64,000 nt of DNA from Thiohalocapsa sp. (GCF_022340605.1 NZ_JAJDNQ010000064.1:1586-65585); one strand, 5' to 3'; counted from the stretch's first letter, positions 1 to 9,740 are shown. Translations and numbers: made by a program. The notes: generated from the letters alone by a model not told the origin.

Positions 1-655
1 GATTGTCGCAGCGCATCTCCTCGCGCACCCGATGCAGCAAGCGCCGGCCGAGGCTGCCGCCCGGGTGGAAGCGGGCGAAGTCCACGGCCTGGAAGTCGCG
101 TGCGCGCATCAGCGCCACGGCCAGGGCGTCGCCCATGGCCAGTGTCGCGGTGGTGGAAGCCGTGGGCGCCAGTTGCAGCGGGCAGGCCTCGCGCGCGACG
201 CGCACGGACAGGTGCACGCTGGCATGCTTGGCCAGCGTCGAGCGGGCGTTGCCGGTGAGTGCAATCACCGGATTGCCGTTGTCGCGCAGGAACGGCAGGA
301 GCTTCACCAGTTCCTCGGTCTCGCCGGAATTGGACAGCGCGACGAAGACGTCCGCCGGCGTCACCATCCCCAAGTCGCCGTGGAAAGCCTCCCCCGGATG
401 CATGAAAAAGGCCGGCGTGCCGGTGCTGGCGAGTGTCGCGGCGAGCTTCTTGCCGATGATGCCGGACTTGCCCATGCCGCAGACGATGACCCGCCCGCGG
501 GTGGCGAGGATGGTCTCCACCGCGGCACTGAAGCTGCCGTCCAGATTCTCGGTGAGGCCGAGGATGCCGGCGGCCTCGATCTCGAACACCTCGCGGGCGA
601 CGGCGGCGCAGTCGATGATGCAGGCGGCGCGGGCACTGCTGGCGGTCTCGGGCAT
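1..655 (-). CDS. kdsD: KpsF/GutQ family arabinose-5-phosphate isomerase (3' end beyond window)
   Basis: Manual minus-strand translation from ATG at 655: MPETASS...REVFEIEAAGIL...GRVIVCGMGKSGIIGKKLAATLASTGTPAFFMHPGEAFHGDLGM...LSNSGET...EACPLQLAPTASTT...FARFHPGGSLG; SIS-domain motifs. Confidence 0.93.
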   Translation of the reverse strand, partial: MPETASSARAACIIDCAAVAREVFEIEAAGILGLTENLDGSFSAAVETILATRGRVIVCGMGKSGIIGKKLAATLASTGTPAFFMHPGEAFHGDLGMVTPADVFVALSNSGETEELVKLLPFLRDNGNPVIALTGNARSTLAKHASVHLSVRVAREACPLQLAPTASTTATLAMGDALAVALMRARDFQAVDFARFHPGGSLGRRLLHRVREEMRCDN

Positions 656-681
656 GGGCGTCGTCGGTGTGGGCGAGGGTG

Positions 682-2928
682 TCAGAAGCGGGTGTCCAGG
701 TTCCGAACCTTCTCGCGGAAGTCCCGGGTTACGGTCTCGATGTCGCTGTCGCTCGCGATCACGCGTGGCGTGAGCACCACCACCAGCTCGGTGCGCTCGG
801 CGTCGTGGGATGTCTGGCCGAACAGCGGGCCCAGCAACGGCGCTCGGTAAAGCCCCGGAATGCCGGACTTGCCGTCTACCTTGTTGTCCTGGATCAGGCC
901 GCCCAGGACCACCGCCTGGTTAGAGCGCACGGCCACGTTGCTGGTAATGTTGCGGGTGCGGAAGGTGGGCGAGTTGAGCGCGCCGCTTTCCTGGGCGACC
1001 GTGCTCACCTGCTGCTCGATCTCCATCTGCACCATGCCGCCGGGCGTGACCCTGGGCTTCACGGACAGCATCACGCCGGTCTTGCGATACTCGATCTGGT
1101 TGATGATTCGGTCCGTGGTCGACGTGCCCTGCTGCTGGGAGGTGGCGATGGGCACATCATCGCCCACCTGGATCTCGGCAGTCTGGTTGTCGCGGACCAT
1201 CACCGACGGTGACGACAGCACATTGACCAGGTTGTCCTGGGCCAGCGCCGACAGGGTGGCGCGGATGGTGTCGGGGCGCAGCACCACGGACCAGTTGAAG
1301 GTGGACGGGGTGCCGTTGGGCTCAAAGCTCTGTGCCGGACCATTGTCAGTGCCCCGGTACGAGATATCGCTGCGATAGCCGCCGACGTTGCGGGTGTTCT
1401 CCGAGTCCCACTTGCCACCGGCAGCGAGGCCGAAGAAGCGCCACTGCACGCCGTACTTGAGATTGCCAGTGAGGCGGATCTCGACGATGGTCGCCTCCAC
1501 CAGCACCTGCAGGGGCACGATGTCGAGCTGCTTCAGGGCATCGAGGATCTTTTTGTAGTCCCGCGGGCTCGAGCGCACCAGCAGCGAATTGTTTACCGGG
1601 TCCGCGACGATGCTCACCTGCGACGACAGCTCCAGCGTGCTCGCCGTGGCACGAAGCGGTGTCGTAGTACCGCCGCCGAAGCTCCCCTCCCCGCCGTCTT
1701 CGCCGCCAATGCTGGTCTCGCTCATGCCGGGGGCGACCCCACCGATGCTGCGGCTGCTGCCGCCCTCGGTCTCGCCGGCGAAGAGCTTGGAGAGCACGTC
1801 GGCGAGATTCTCGGCGTCGCCGTGGCGCACGCGATAGACGAACAGCCGTTGCGCCGTGCTGCCGCTGGCCTCGGCGCGATCGAGGCGGTCGATCCAGTCC
1901 TCCATCTGCGCCAGGTAGCTCTGTTGCGGCGACACCACCAGAACGGCGTTCGCGCTCTCCACCGGAATGAACCGGAAGATGCCGTTCAAGGGGTTGGGCC
2001 CGTTGTCGTCGGCGAGCAGCGTCTGCAGCTGGGTCACCACGTCCGTCGCCTTGGCGTACTCGAGCACGAAAAAGCCCACCGACAGACCGGCCATCCAGTC
2101 CACGTCGAACACCTGGATGGTATCGAGCAGGTTGCTCATTTCCGGGCTGGTGCCGGCAATGACGATGAGGTTGCGCAGGTTGTCGGTGCGCACCACGCTG
2201 CCCTCCGGTGCCAGCGGCTCCAGGATGCTGGCCATCTCCTCGGCACCGATGTAGCGCAGCGGCACCACCTGCACGCTGTAGCCCTCCGGCAGGGCACGCG
2301 ACGACTGCCCGAGCTGCGGCACGATTCGGCCCTGAATGGCGTTGCTGAGCGGCACCACCTCATAGGTGCCCGCATTGTCCACCAGCGCCGCGTTGTTCAT
2401 GCGCAGCAGCATTTCCAGGGTGGGTATCAGCAGGTCGCGCCGCAGCGGGCGGCCGGTCTGCAGCGACACCGAGCCCGACACCGCCGGGTCCAGCACGTAG
2501 TTGACACCGAGCAGGTCGCCCAGGATGACCTTGACCACTTCGCGAATGTCGGTGCCGTCGAAGTTCAGCGTGATGTCGCCCGGCGTGGTATCCACGCCCG
2601 GGGGCGCCACCTGGCGGACGAAGGTGCCGGTGCCACGCCGCACCGATTCCTTCTCCTGCGGCAGTTCCTCGCCAAGGGCGATGCTGGCCGGCTGCCCGGC
2701 ACCGGTGCCGGTGGGGAGCGGGCGGCGATTGGTGTCGGTGATATGACCGGTCGACTCCCCGATGCGCTTGCTGGGGTCGAAGATCAGGCCGCCGCAGCCA
2801 TTGGTGAGCATCACCATCAGCGGCAGCAACAGGGCGACGCAAAGGCGCCACAGCGCGGACCTCGGAGCGACCCACTGCCAACGGCGTCTGCAACGCTGCG
2901 GTTGTCTACGAGCCAGGTATGGTCGCAT
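682..2928 (-). CDS. gspD: Type II secretion secretin GspD (XpsD-like)
   Basis: ITLNFDGTDIREVV N0 domain, QVLVEATIVE, LSSPSVMVRDNQTAEIQVG, IPGLYRAPLLGPLFG...RTELVVVLTPRVI; start placed at MRPYL (2928), ahead of a hydrophobic signal ending in ..NGC; start uncertain. Confidence 0.95.
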   Translation of the reverse strand: MRPYLARRQPQRCRRRWQWVAPRSALWRLCVALLLPLMVMLTNGCGGLIFDPSKRIGESTGHITDTNRRPLPTGTGAGQPASIALGEELPQEKESVRRGTGTFVRQVAPPGVDTTPGDITLNFDGTDIREVVKVILGDLLGVNYVLDPAVSGSVSLQTGRPLRRDLLIPTLEMLLRMNNAALVDNAGTYEVVPLSNAIQGRIVPQLGQSSRALPEGYSVQVVPLRYIGAEEMASILEPLAPEGSVVRTDNLRNLIVIAGTSPEMSNLLDTIQVFDVDWMAGLSVGFFVLEYAKATDVVTQLQTLLADDNGPNPLNGIFRFIPVESANAVLVVSPQQSYLAQMEDWIDRLDRAEASGSTAQRLFVYRVRHGDAENLADVLSKLFAGETEGGSSRSIGGVAPGMSETSIGGEDGGEGSFGGGTTTPLRATASTLELSSQVSIVADPVNNSLLVRSSPRDYKKILDALKQLDIVPLQVLVEATIVEIRLTGNLKYGVQWRFFGLAAGGKWDSENTRNVGGYRSDISYRGTDNGPAQSFEPNGTPSTFNWSVVLRPDTIRATLSALAQDNLVNVLSSPSVMVRDNQTAEIQVGDDVPIATSQQQGTSTTDRIINQIEYRKTGVMLSVKPRVTPGGMVQMEIEQQVSTVAQESGALNSPTFRTRNITSNVAVRSNQAVVLGGLIQDNKVDGKSGIPGLYRAPLLGPLFGQTSHDAERTELVVVLTPRVIASDSDIETVTRDFREKVRNLDTRF

Positions 2929-3673
2929 TGGGTTGGCGTGTGGGCGGGCGTGTGGGCGGTAGCCGGGAGGGTGTGGGCTTGGTGCTGCGCTCGGTGGCCT
3001 GCCGCTGAGATGTCGTCTGCCCGCCGCGTTGGACGGGTCGCCCCGCGGCGTTGTCGCGCGCATCCTCCCGCGGCAACATGCGTCGGCGCCGCGCGACCGG
3101 CACACCGCGCTCCCGGCCCATCCCGGCATCACCGACCTGGTGGCGGGGCTGCATGCGGGTTGGTGGGATCGGCGGCGGTGCGTTTTCGTAATCACGCAAT
3201 AATAGCCGATTGGTCTCTCCCTGTCGCTCGAGCACCAATTCGTCGGGCGCGATGCCCTTCACCGTCCAGCCGGCGAATTCGTCGCCGAGCCGCAGGCGCT
3301 TGAGCTCATTGTCATCGGGGCTGCGCACCCAAGCCGAGACCACGTCGGGGGTAATCACGACGGCCGTCAGGTCCACGCCGTCGAGCTCGGTCACGGGCTC
3401 TTCCTCGCCCTCCTGCTCCCCGGTTTCCTCGGGCGGCGGCGGGCGGCGATCCGGAAGGAACAGCGGCCGTTCGACGACCGAAGCATAGTCCTCCTTTGGC
3501 GGCGGCTCGAGCGGAACGCCGCGCAGCTCTGCCGCAGCAGTATCCTCTCGCGCGGCCGCCTTGGCCGGGGCGTCCGGCGGCGCCGGCAGGGATGCGTCGC
3601 CGGACCAACCGCGCCACTGCACAACCAGGACCAAGCCGAGCAGCAACGCGAGCGACAGGAGCATCGACTTCAT
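2906..3673 (-). CDS. gspN: Type II secretion protein N/C-type (XpsN-like)
   Basis: N-terminal TM, ERPLFLPDRRP motif, RLRLGDEFAGWTV; position between gspM and gspD as in xps clusters. Confidence 0.75.
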   Translation of the reverse strand: MKSMLLSLALLLGLVLVVQWRGWSGDASLPAPPDAPAKAAAREDTAAAELRGVPLEPPPKEDYASVVERPLFLPDRRPPPPEETGEQEGEEEPVTELDGVDLTAVVITPDVVSAWVRSPDDNELKRLRLGDEFAGWTVKGIAPDELVLERQGETNRLLLRDYENAPPPIPPTRMQPRHQVGDAGMGRERGVPVARRRRMLPREDARDNAAGRPVQRGGQTTSQRQATERSTKPTPSRLPPTRPPTRQPNATIPGS

Positions 3674-4380
3674 GCCCCGCCTCCGAGTGCATACCCAAAG
3701 ATATCCAGCCGGACCGTCAATTGACCGACGTTACGCGGCATCAGGCGCCGCCTGATGGTGCGCCCGCGCAGCCGTGGTGCCCGGGGGGCGGTCGAGCGGA
3801 TGGACATCTGCTCCACGAACAGGAAGGGCTGTGCGCTCTCGATGCGGTGCAGCACGTCCAGTAGCTCATCGGTCGTGCCCTGGAGCTGTATGCGAATACG
3901 CACCCGCGGCGGCTGCTCTTCCTCGTTCGTGGGCAGGATTTGGGTGCTGATGGGACGGGCGCCGGCGGCGCGGACCATTTCCTGCACCTCGCTCTGCAGG
4001 CGCGCGCCGGCGAGCGCCGGTGTTTCCGCATTGAAATAGAACGCCTTGAAGTCCTCGTTGGACTGCTCCCGGGCCAGTGCCGCGCGCAGCCCCGGCAGGG
4101 TCGCCACCAGGCGCTGATAACGGTAGAGCTGGTCGACGCCGCGCTCGTAGTCCGCATCCAGCGCCTGCAACCGCTGCCACCAGGGCAAGGCGATGGCCAG
4201 CGCCAGGAGCACCGGCAGCAGCAGCAGTGCGCCCCAGGCGACGATGCAGTCGACGCCCGGCCGCGTGCGGCGCGGGCGTGCCGCGGCCTCCGGCGGCGGT
4301 GCATCCGGCGCGGCATCGGCGACGAGGGATGTTGCACCGCCCGGCGAGCCCGGCGCGTCGAGGCCGACGGGTTCGTTCAT
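3670..4380 (-). CDS. gspM: Type II secretion protein GspM
   Basis: Single TM, coiled coil, LHRIESAQPFLFVEQMSI ferredoxin-like C-terminus; synteny. Confidence 0.85.
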   Translation of the reverse strand: MNEPVGLDAPGSPGGATSLVADAAPDAPPPEAAARPRRTRPGVDCIVAWGALLLLPVLLALAIALPWWQRLQALDADYERGVDQLYRYQRLVATLPGLRAALAREQSNEDFKAFYFNAETPALAGARLQSEVQEMVRAAGARPISTQILPTNEEEQPPRVRIRIQLQGTTDELLDVLHRIESAQPFLFVEQMSIRSTAPRAPRLRGRTIRRRLMPRNVGQLTVRLDIFGYALGGGA

Positions 4381-4390
4381 CGCGGCGCGC

Positions 4391-5485
4391 TCACTCCGCC
4401 TCCGGACGGGCGTACGCGAAGGAGATGTGGAAGCGCTCCTGGCCAGTGCTGGCCACCTGCATCACCGGCGAGCGAAAGCTCACTGCGCTGATGCCCGGAC
4501 CGTTCTCGAGCATGCCGATGAGCGCCGTCGCCTGGTCGGACTCGCCGCGAATGTCCACCTCGCCGTCACGGAAGTTGAGGGTCTGCACCCAGGTGCCGTC
4601 CGGCAATATATCTGTCAGCTCCCGCAGCAGATCGATCATGCGCGGGTGATCGCGCTTGCGGTTCAGTACCTCGACGCTGCCCAGCCGGGCACGCTCCAGC
4701 GCCTCGCGCACGTCCTCCACCGCCGTGGCGGCGCCGCGCACGCGACGCAGTTCGGCGTCCAGCAGCTCCAGCGCGCGGCGCTTCTGCCACAGGGGCGTCA
4801 CCAGGGCCGCGACCAGTAGCGTGATCACCAGGGCGAGAAGCGCTTGCGTCAGCAGCGACCCGAAGCGCGGGCGCTTCGCCCGCTCCTCGCGCGGCAACAG
4901 GTTGGCACCGGGCCAGGCGCCTGGCCAGACGAGCCGCGACGCCGGCGAGCGCCCCTCGCGCAGGCGGTCCAGCCAATCCGCGGCGGCGTCGCGCCGCGCC
5001 ACCGCCAGCTCCACGTCCAGCTTGCTGCCGCGGGCGACGCGGCCGACCACCCGGGCGTCGAAGTAGACATCGCTCGACGTGAAGGGGGTGAGACGGTCCA
5101 TTTCGAAGGCGAGCACCTGGCGCAGATTGTCCTCCACCTGCGCCGGCAACGCGGCATGGCGCAGCAGCACGCGCTCCGCGGGGAGCTCCAGCCAGGTCTC
5201 GCGCCAGCCCCGCTTCGGCGGATGCGCGAGCAAAGAGACCAGGCTCCCGCCCGTCCGCAGATCCAGGCCGCCAATGGGCTCGCGCTCGTCGCCGACTTGC
5301 AGCAGCAGCTGCGCGTCGTCCCCGTGCGGCTGCACCACCAGCCGGGGGTTGCGCAGCGCCAGCCAGCGCCGCAGCCGCTGCGGCATGCAGCGAAGCAGCC
5401 CATCCCGCCAGGGCCGCAGTAGATCCGCGCCCGTCACGGGCAGCCGCAGACCCGCGAGGCGGGCGGGTCGGCTCAACGCCGCCAA
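4391..5485 (-). CDS. gspL: Type II secretion protein GspL (PilN-like C-terminal domain)
   Basis: LPAQVEDNLRQVLAFEMDRLTPF, NLLP-TM, LRELTDILPDGTWV; TTG start at 5485 with GGAGG upstream; the longer ORF to 5770 runs through a repeat array. Confidence 0.85.
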   Translation of the reverse strand: MAALSRPARLAGLRLPVTGADLLRPWRDGLLRCMPQRLRRWLALRNPRLVVQPHGDDAQLLLQVGDEREPIGGLDLRTGGSLVSLLAHPPKRGWRETWLELPAERVLLRHAALPAQVEDNLRQVLAFEMDRLTPFTSSDVYFDARVVGRVARGSKLDVELAVARRDAAADWLDRLREGRSPASRLVWPGAWPGANLLPREERAKRPRFGSLLTQALLALVITLLVAALVTPLWQKRRALELLDAELRRVRGAATAVEDVREALERARLGSVEVLNRKRDHPRMIDLLRELTDILPDGTWVQTLNFRDGEVDIRGESDQATALIGMLENGPGISAVSFRSPVMQVASTGQERFHISFAYARPEAE

Positions 5486-5585
5486 GACGTTCCCTCCCGC
5501 GCATGGCAAAGCCGTACGCGCATCGGCGGTTGAGCGATCAAGGTCATGCCAAGGCGATCTCCTAAGACGCGGGCCAATGCCGACG

Positions 5586-5670
5586 TGCCGGCAACTGGGA
5601 ACGCCGGCATGTTGCCGGCATCCGGGAGCGCCGGCATCTTGCCGGCAACTTTGCCGGCAACAGGGAGCGA
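5586..5670. repeat. REP-like palindromic 27-bp repeat cluster (gspK-gspL intergenic)
   Basis: ACTGGGAACGCCGGCATGTTGCCGGCA (5594-5620), TCCGGGAGCGCCGGCATCTTGCCGGCA (5621-5647) plus partial units; reverse complement of the units at 9791-9867. Confidence 0.85.
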
Positions 5671-5788
5671 GCGGCTCTCCCCCCTGGTACGCGAAGCCGC
5701 AGCCAGGCAGCACCCGGCCACCGCGCCAACCCCTCGCCCCGCCCGCAAACCGGCGCCACGCGAGCGCCAAGCATAGCGCGATGGCCCG

Positions 5789-6742
5789 TCACTCGTCCGC
5801 TGCGTGACCGCCCGTCGCCTGTGGTGCCTCCGCCGGCAGCCCATAGCGCCGCCAAAGCACCTCGAACGGCTGCTGCCCCCCCTGGACCGACAACAGCGCT
5901 TCCATCTGCCGGCCGGCGCCCTCCGGCGTGACCTGCGCCACCCGCACCCGATACAGCGGCCCACCGCGGCTGACGGCGACCGGCTGCTGCCCGTCCGGCA
6001 GCAGCGGCTGATCGCGCTCTAGCACCAACTGCTCGGCATCCTCCAGGGCAATGCCCTGCACGGCCGCCAACACCCGCGCGGAGGCGAAGCGCTGCTCCAC
6101 GCGTCCGGTATCGTTGTGCACGGTGAGGTCGGGAGCGAGACGCCGGTACAATGCCCGCGGCATGCCCAGCACCAGCTGCAGCTCCTCGACGCTGCGGAAC
6201 GGCCCGTCGGCCGCACCATAGGGCAGTCCGGCAGCCTCGTAGTCGCTGTCCTCGGCGCCGTTGAGCTGGCTCACGTCGTCCTCATCACGCCAGTCGACGA
6301 TGGCATCCGCCAGCGCATCGCGCTGCGCCTCGTCGAAGCCTTCCTCGCCCTGGGCGAGCTCGATCAATGCCGCCAGTTGATCCCGCGTCGCAAGATTCAG
6401 ATCCAGCCGCGACATCTCGTTGCTGAGCGTGACGGTCAGGTCGGCGCCATCAAACATGACCGGATGCGGCATCCCGTTCGGCGTCCAGACCGCCTCCGCC
6501 GGCACCGTCTCCAGCGGGGTCGTCAGCAGATTCAGCGCCGTCAGCGCCAGCACCGCCTCCGCGCGCGCCCGAAACCGCGCCGCGTCGATCTGATTGCGCG
6601 TCAACGCGTTCTCGGTGCGCTGCGTCGTCGTCAGCCCGAGCGCCATCACCGTGAGCAGGGTGATGACCCAGAGGACAAGGACGAGGGCGATGCCGCGTTG
6701 CGCGGCCATGGACCGTCGCGGCCGGAACGGGTCACCGATCAT
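5789..6742 (-). CDS. gspK: Minor pseudopilin GspK
   Basis: QRG|IALVLVLWVI prepilin site, EMSRLDLN, DAIVDWRDEDD, FRSVEELQLVLGM. Confidence 0.93.
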   Translation of the reverse strand: MIGDPFRPRRSMAAQRGIALVLVLWVITLLTVMALGLTTTQRTENALTRNQIDAARFRARAEAVLALTALNLLTTPLETVPAEAVWTPNGMPHPVMFDGADLTVTLSNEMSRLDLNLATRDQLAALIELAQGEEGFDEAQRDALADAIVDWRDEDDVSQLNGAEDSDYEAAGLPYGAADGPFRSVEELQLVLGMPRALYRRLAPDLTVHNDTGRVEQRFASARVLAAVQGIALEDAEQLVLERDQPLLPDGQQPVAVSRGGPLYRVRVAQVTPEGAGRQMEALLSVQGGQQPFEVLWRRYGLPAEAPQATGGHAADE

Positions 6743-7613
6743 CGGGCCGCCCCGGTGGTGTTCTCGTGCCGGTATCGCGCGACTGGCCGAGTGCCGCGGG
6801 CAACGACGCCACACTGCTTATCGCCCCACGCCCCGGCAGTTCCAGAACGGCGGCGGGCCACGACTCGCGGGGTGTGCCGACGGCGATGCGCACGCTTTGC
6901 GGCAGCTCCGACTGGTCCTCCCATTCCTCGAGCCATTTCGGATCGGTCTCGCCTTCTTCGACGCCGAAGTAGGCGAGCTCGAACTGCTTCACCTGCGGCA
7001 GCAGCACGGTGCGGCCGTAGGCGCCGGCAGCGACGTCGCTGTCGAGGGGACCTTGGTCCGCATCGGTGCTGGAGGCCTCGGCGAGGGGTTCCCAGGCGGG
7101 GTAAGCGTCGCCGCCGGCGAGCGCGTCGGGGTGCAGCAGCCAGCGCACCAGCACCAGGCGATCGTGGTCGCCGGCGGGCTCCACGACCAGTCGCAGGATG
7201 TAGAGACCAGGGATGCCGACGTGCTCGGACAGCGGCGCGACGAATTCCAGGCTGTGGGCGTCGCCGGCGAACACCGGCCATTGCTGACCGTCGAGGAGGA
7301 CGCTTTCCGACCGCACCTGGCGCAGGGCGCGCTCGATGAAGTTGCGGGCAACGCGCAGGTCGTTGACCCGATCGGAGACGGTCTCGACCCCCTCCCAGGC
7401 GCGAGAGCCGAGCCTGAGGCCGGAGAACAGGAGCACGGTAATGACGGCGATCAGAGCCAGGGCGATCAGCAGCTCGACCAGGGTGAAGCCGGTTTGGCGG
7501 CGGCGGGTGCCGGGCTCGATGTAGCGCGCGCGCCCGGCCGGCAGGCGCGCCGCGCTGATCCGCGGTGCCTCCGCGGCGGGGATGTCGCGGTTGCGGTGTG
7601 CCGGCGGGATCAT
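6732..7613 (-). CDS. gspJ: Minor pseudopilin GspJ
   Basis: G|FTLVELLIALAL; W...W...LPQSVRI C-terminus; synteny. Confidence 0.88.
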   Translation of the reverse strand: MIPPAHRNRDIPAAEAPRISAARLPAGRARYIEPGTRRRQTGFTLVELLIALALIAVITVLLFSGLRLGSRAWEGVETVSDRVNDLRVARNFIERALRQVRSESVLLDGQQWPVFAGDAHSLEFVAPLSEHVGIPGLYILRLVVEPAGDHDRLVLVRWLLHPDALAGGDAYPAWEPLAEASSTDADQGPLDSDVAAGAYGRTVLLPQVKQFELAYFGVEEGETDPKWLEEWEDQSELPQSVRIAVGTPRESWPAAVLELPGRGAISSVASLPAALGQSRDTGTRTPPGRPDDR

Positions 7614-7625
7614 GTGCCGCGCGGC

Positions 7626-8102
7626 CTAGAGGCCGGGCTCGACGGGCTCGGCGAGGCGCAGCGTGCGCAGGGTCACTTGGCGGGCGCCTGCGCTGGTGGG
7701 CAGCGAGGCGACCGCGGTGACCAGGTACGGCTGCAGCGCGAGCGTCTCGTCTTCGCCCAGCCAGCCCGCGGGCTGGTAGGGCTGGATATTGACGATCCAG
7801 TCCATGCCGTCCTCGGGGTCGCCGGTGTGGACGCCTTCCTCCAGCGGGATGTCGGCGCCTACTTCAGCGAGCTTGGCTTCGGCCAGCGCGACGACGCGGC
7901 TGTACTCGCTGCTGACCGTCGTGCTGCTCATGGCTCGCTGGAAGATCTGCAGCAGCACACCGAGGCTGATGGCGAGGATGGCGAAGGCGACGAGGACCTC
8001 GAGCAGGGAGAAACCGCGGGAGTGCGCGGTGCGCACTGCGCGGTGCGACGGAGGCCGTCGCCGGGACACGCACTTCGCACTGCGCACCGTGCACGTCTTC
8101 AT
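7626..8102 (-). CDS. gspI: Minor pseudopilin GspI
   Basis: G|FSLLEVLVAFAIL; ATG at 8102 overlaps the gspH stop (ATGA). Confidence 0.88.
   Translation of the reverse strand: MKTCTVRSAKCVSRRRPPSHRAVRTAHSRGFSLLEVLVAFAILAISLGVLLQIFQRAMSSTTVSSEYSRVVALAEAKLAEVGADIPLEEGVHTGDPEDGMDWIVNIQPYQPAGWLGEDETLALQPYLVTAVASLPTSAGARQVTLRTLRLAEPVEPGL
8022..8094. repeat. Inverted heptamer-repeat hairpin inside the gspI leader
   Basis: GTGCGCG GTGCGCA CTGCGCG GTGCGAC ... CGCACTT CGCACTG CGCACCG TGCAC. Confidence 0.7.
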
Positions 8103-8653
8103 CGCTTCCACTCCCCAATCAAGATCCGCCCCGTCAGCCAATTCACGCCCACCTGGAAGCCACCGTCACCGCGCTTGAGAATCACGCGCCCACCACTGGA
8201 GCTGCCGTCCGGGTAGAAGCGGATGGCGCCGACGGTGTCGCTCTGCATCTCGTCCGCGGCAGCCACCAGCTTGAGCTCCAAGCCACTGGGCAGGCGCCCG
8301 CTGCGATGATCACCCTCGATGCGATAGCGGTGCTGGGCGATGTCGAGCACCCAGGCGGTATCGCGCCCCTTGGCGACAGCGATCTCGCGCGCGAGTCGGA
8401 GTGATCCGGCGGTGCGCCGCGCAGCCGCCTTCAGCTCAACACCGGGCAGCGCGGCGGTGATGAGCGGCGGCGTCAAGGCGAGCAGCAGGCCGGCGATGGC
8501 CAGCACCACCAGCAGCTCCACCAGGGTGAAGCCCTGCCGATACGCGCTTGGTGCCTGGCGCGCGCGGAACAACACTCGCGGCGACGCGAAGACGCGCAGC
8601 GATTGACGCCGATCACTGATCACGGAGAGTGCACGTCCGCTTCGGGCAGTCAC
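8099..8653 (-). CDS. gspH: Minor pseudopilin GspH
   Basis: G|FTLVELLVVLAI, IRFYPDGSSSGG, VNWLTGRI; start uncertain. Confidence 0.9.
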   Translation of the reverse strand: MTARSGRALSVISDRRQSLRVFASPRVLFRARQAPSAYRQGFTLVELLVVLAIAGLLLALTPPLITAALPGVELKAAARRTAGSLRLAREIAVAKGRDTAWVLDIAQHRYRIEGDHRSGRLPSGLELKLVAAADEMQSDTVGAIRFYPDGSSSGGRVILKRGDGGFQVGVNWLTGRILIGEWKR

Positions 8654-8732
8654 AGGGGCGTCAAAAGGGCCGGCCTTCCCGCGCGGGCCTCAACTGCAGC
8701 CGGCGGCGTCGCGCGTGCCGCAATGCGCCGTC

Positions 8733-9173
8733 TCAGCCGCGCTCTGGCTCCGTCCAGCTGCTGATGTCCTTGTCGTCGCCGTCGCCACCCTCCTGGTTGT
8801 CGGCGCCCAGGGACCAGATATCGTAGGCGCCATGCTCTCCCGGAGCGCGATAATGGTAGTCGTTGCCCCACGGGTCCTTCGGCACCACGCCCTTGCGCAG
8901 GTAGGGGCCGTTCCAGTTGGGCGCGTCACCGGGATCGGTCACCAACGCGTCCAGACCTTCCGGATAGCGACCGGTTTCGAGCCGATACAGGTCCAGCGTC
9001 GCGCCGAGGTCCTCGATCTGCAATGCAGCGGTCTTGGTCTTGGAGGTGCCGAGGAACTTCATCACCTGCGGGCCGACCAGGCCAGCCAGCAGGCCGAGGA
9101 TGGCGAGCACCACCAGGAGCTCGACGAGGGTAAAGCCGGCCGGCCGCCGGCGGTTTGGGCTTGTCTTGGTCAC
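8733..9173 (-). CDS. gspG: Major pseudopilin GspG
   Basis: G|FTLVELLVVLAILGLLAGLVGP, LDLYRLETGRYP, WNGPYL..VPKDPWGNDYHY, SLGADNQEGG; GTG start with AGGAG RBS. Confidence 0.97.
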   Translation of the reverse strand: MTKTSPNRRRPAGFTLVELLVVLAILGLLAGLVGPQVMKFLGTSKTKTAALQIEDLGATLDLYRLETGRYPEGLDALVTDPGDAPNWNGPYLRKGVVPKDPWGNDYHYRAPGEHGAYDIWSLGADNQEGGDGDDKDISSWTEPERG

Positions 9174-9394
9174 GCGGTCATCTCCTGCATCGAAGGGCAG
9201 TTTGAGCTCACCGGCACGCGCGGACCACCCACAGCCTTGGCGTTGGGGCCGGTCCCGGCACGCGCCGGCTTCGGTCCGGCCCATGATACCTTGAGCCCGT
9301 TTCCGCTCGTGTTGCGCAGCGCTAGAGTAGCAGCCTCGACCGACCGAGCCGCAGCCGTCGAGTACGACGTCATTCCTCGATCGAAGGCACACAA

Positions 9395-9698
9395 ATGGAC
9401 GCGAAACGACTGTACACCGTCGATGACCTGCTGGCATGGCAGGGTAACGAGCGGGTGGAGCTGATCCAAGGACGTGCTGACGCACTTCATGCGCTTGCAG
9501 CGCGTCGGCGTACCCCACTACTGGATCTTTGACCCGGAAGGCCGCGCGCTGATTGCCTATGCGCTGGAGGCGGGCGCTTACTGCAGCGTCTTTACCGCTG
9601 CCGGCGTGGCGGAGACGCGCCGGCGGGCGCGCATCCCGCCGTTCGAGGCGGTTGAAATCGAGTTGGGGGTGCTGTTCGGCGACGAGCCTGATGATTAG
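9395..9698 (+). pseudogene. Uma2 (DUF820) family endonuclease, internally deleted and frameshifted
   Basis: ATG at 9395 gives MDAKRLYTVDDLLAWQGNERVELIQG (Uma2 N-terminus), joined out of frame to KDVLTHFMRLQRVGVPHYWIFDPE...ARIPPFEAVEIELGVLF (Uma2 C-terminus); the central PD-(D/E)xK core is missing. Confidence 0.8.
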
Positions 9699-9740
9699 CC
9701 GGGGCTCGAGCTCCTCGCGGTACCGCGGCTGACGTCCGCT

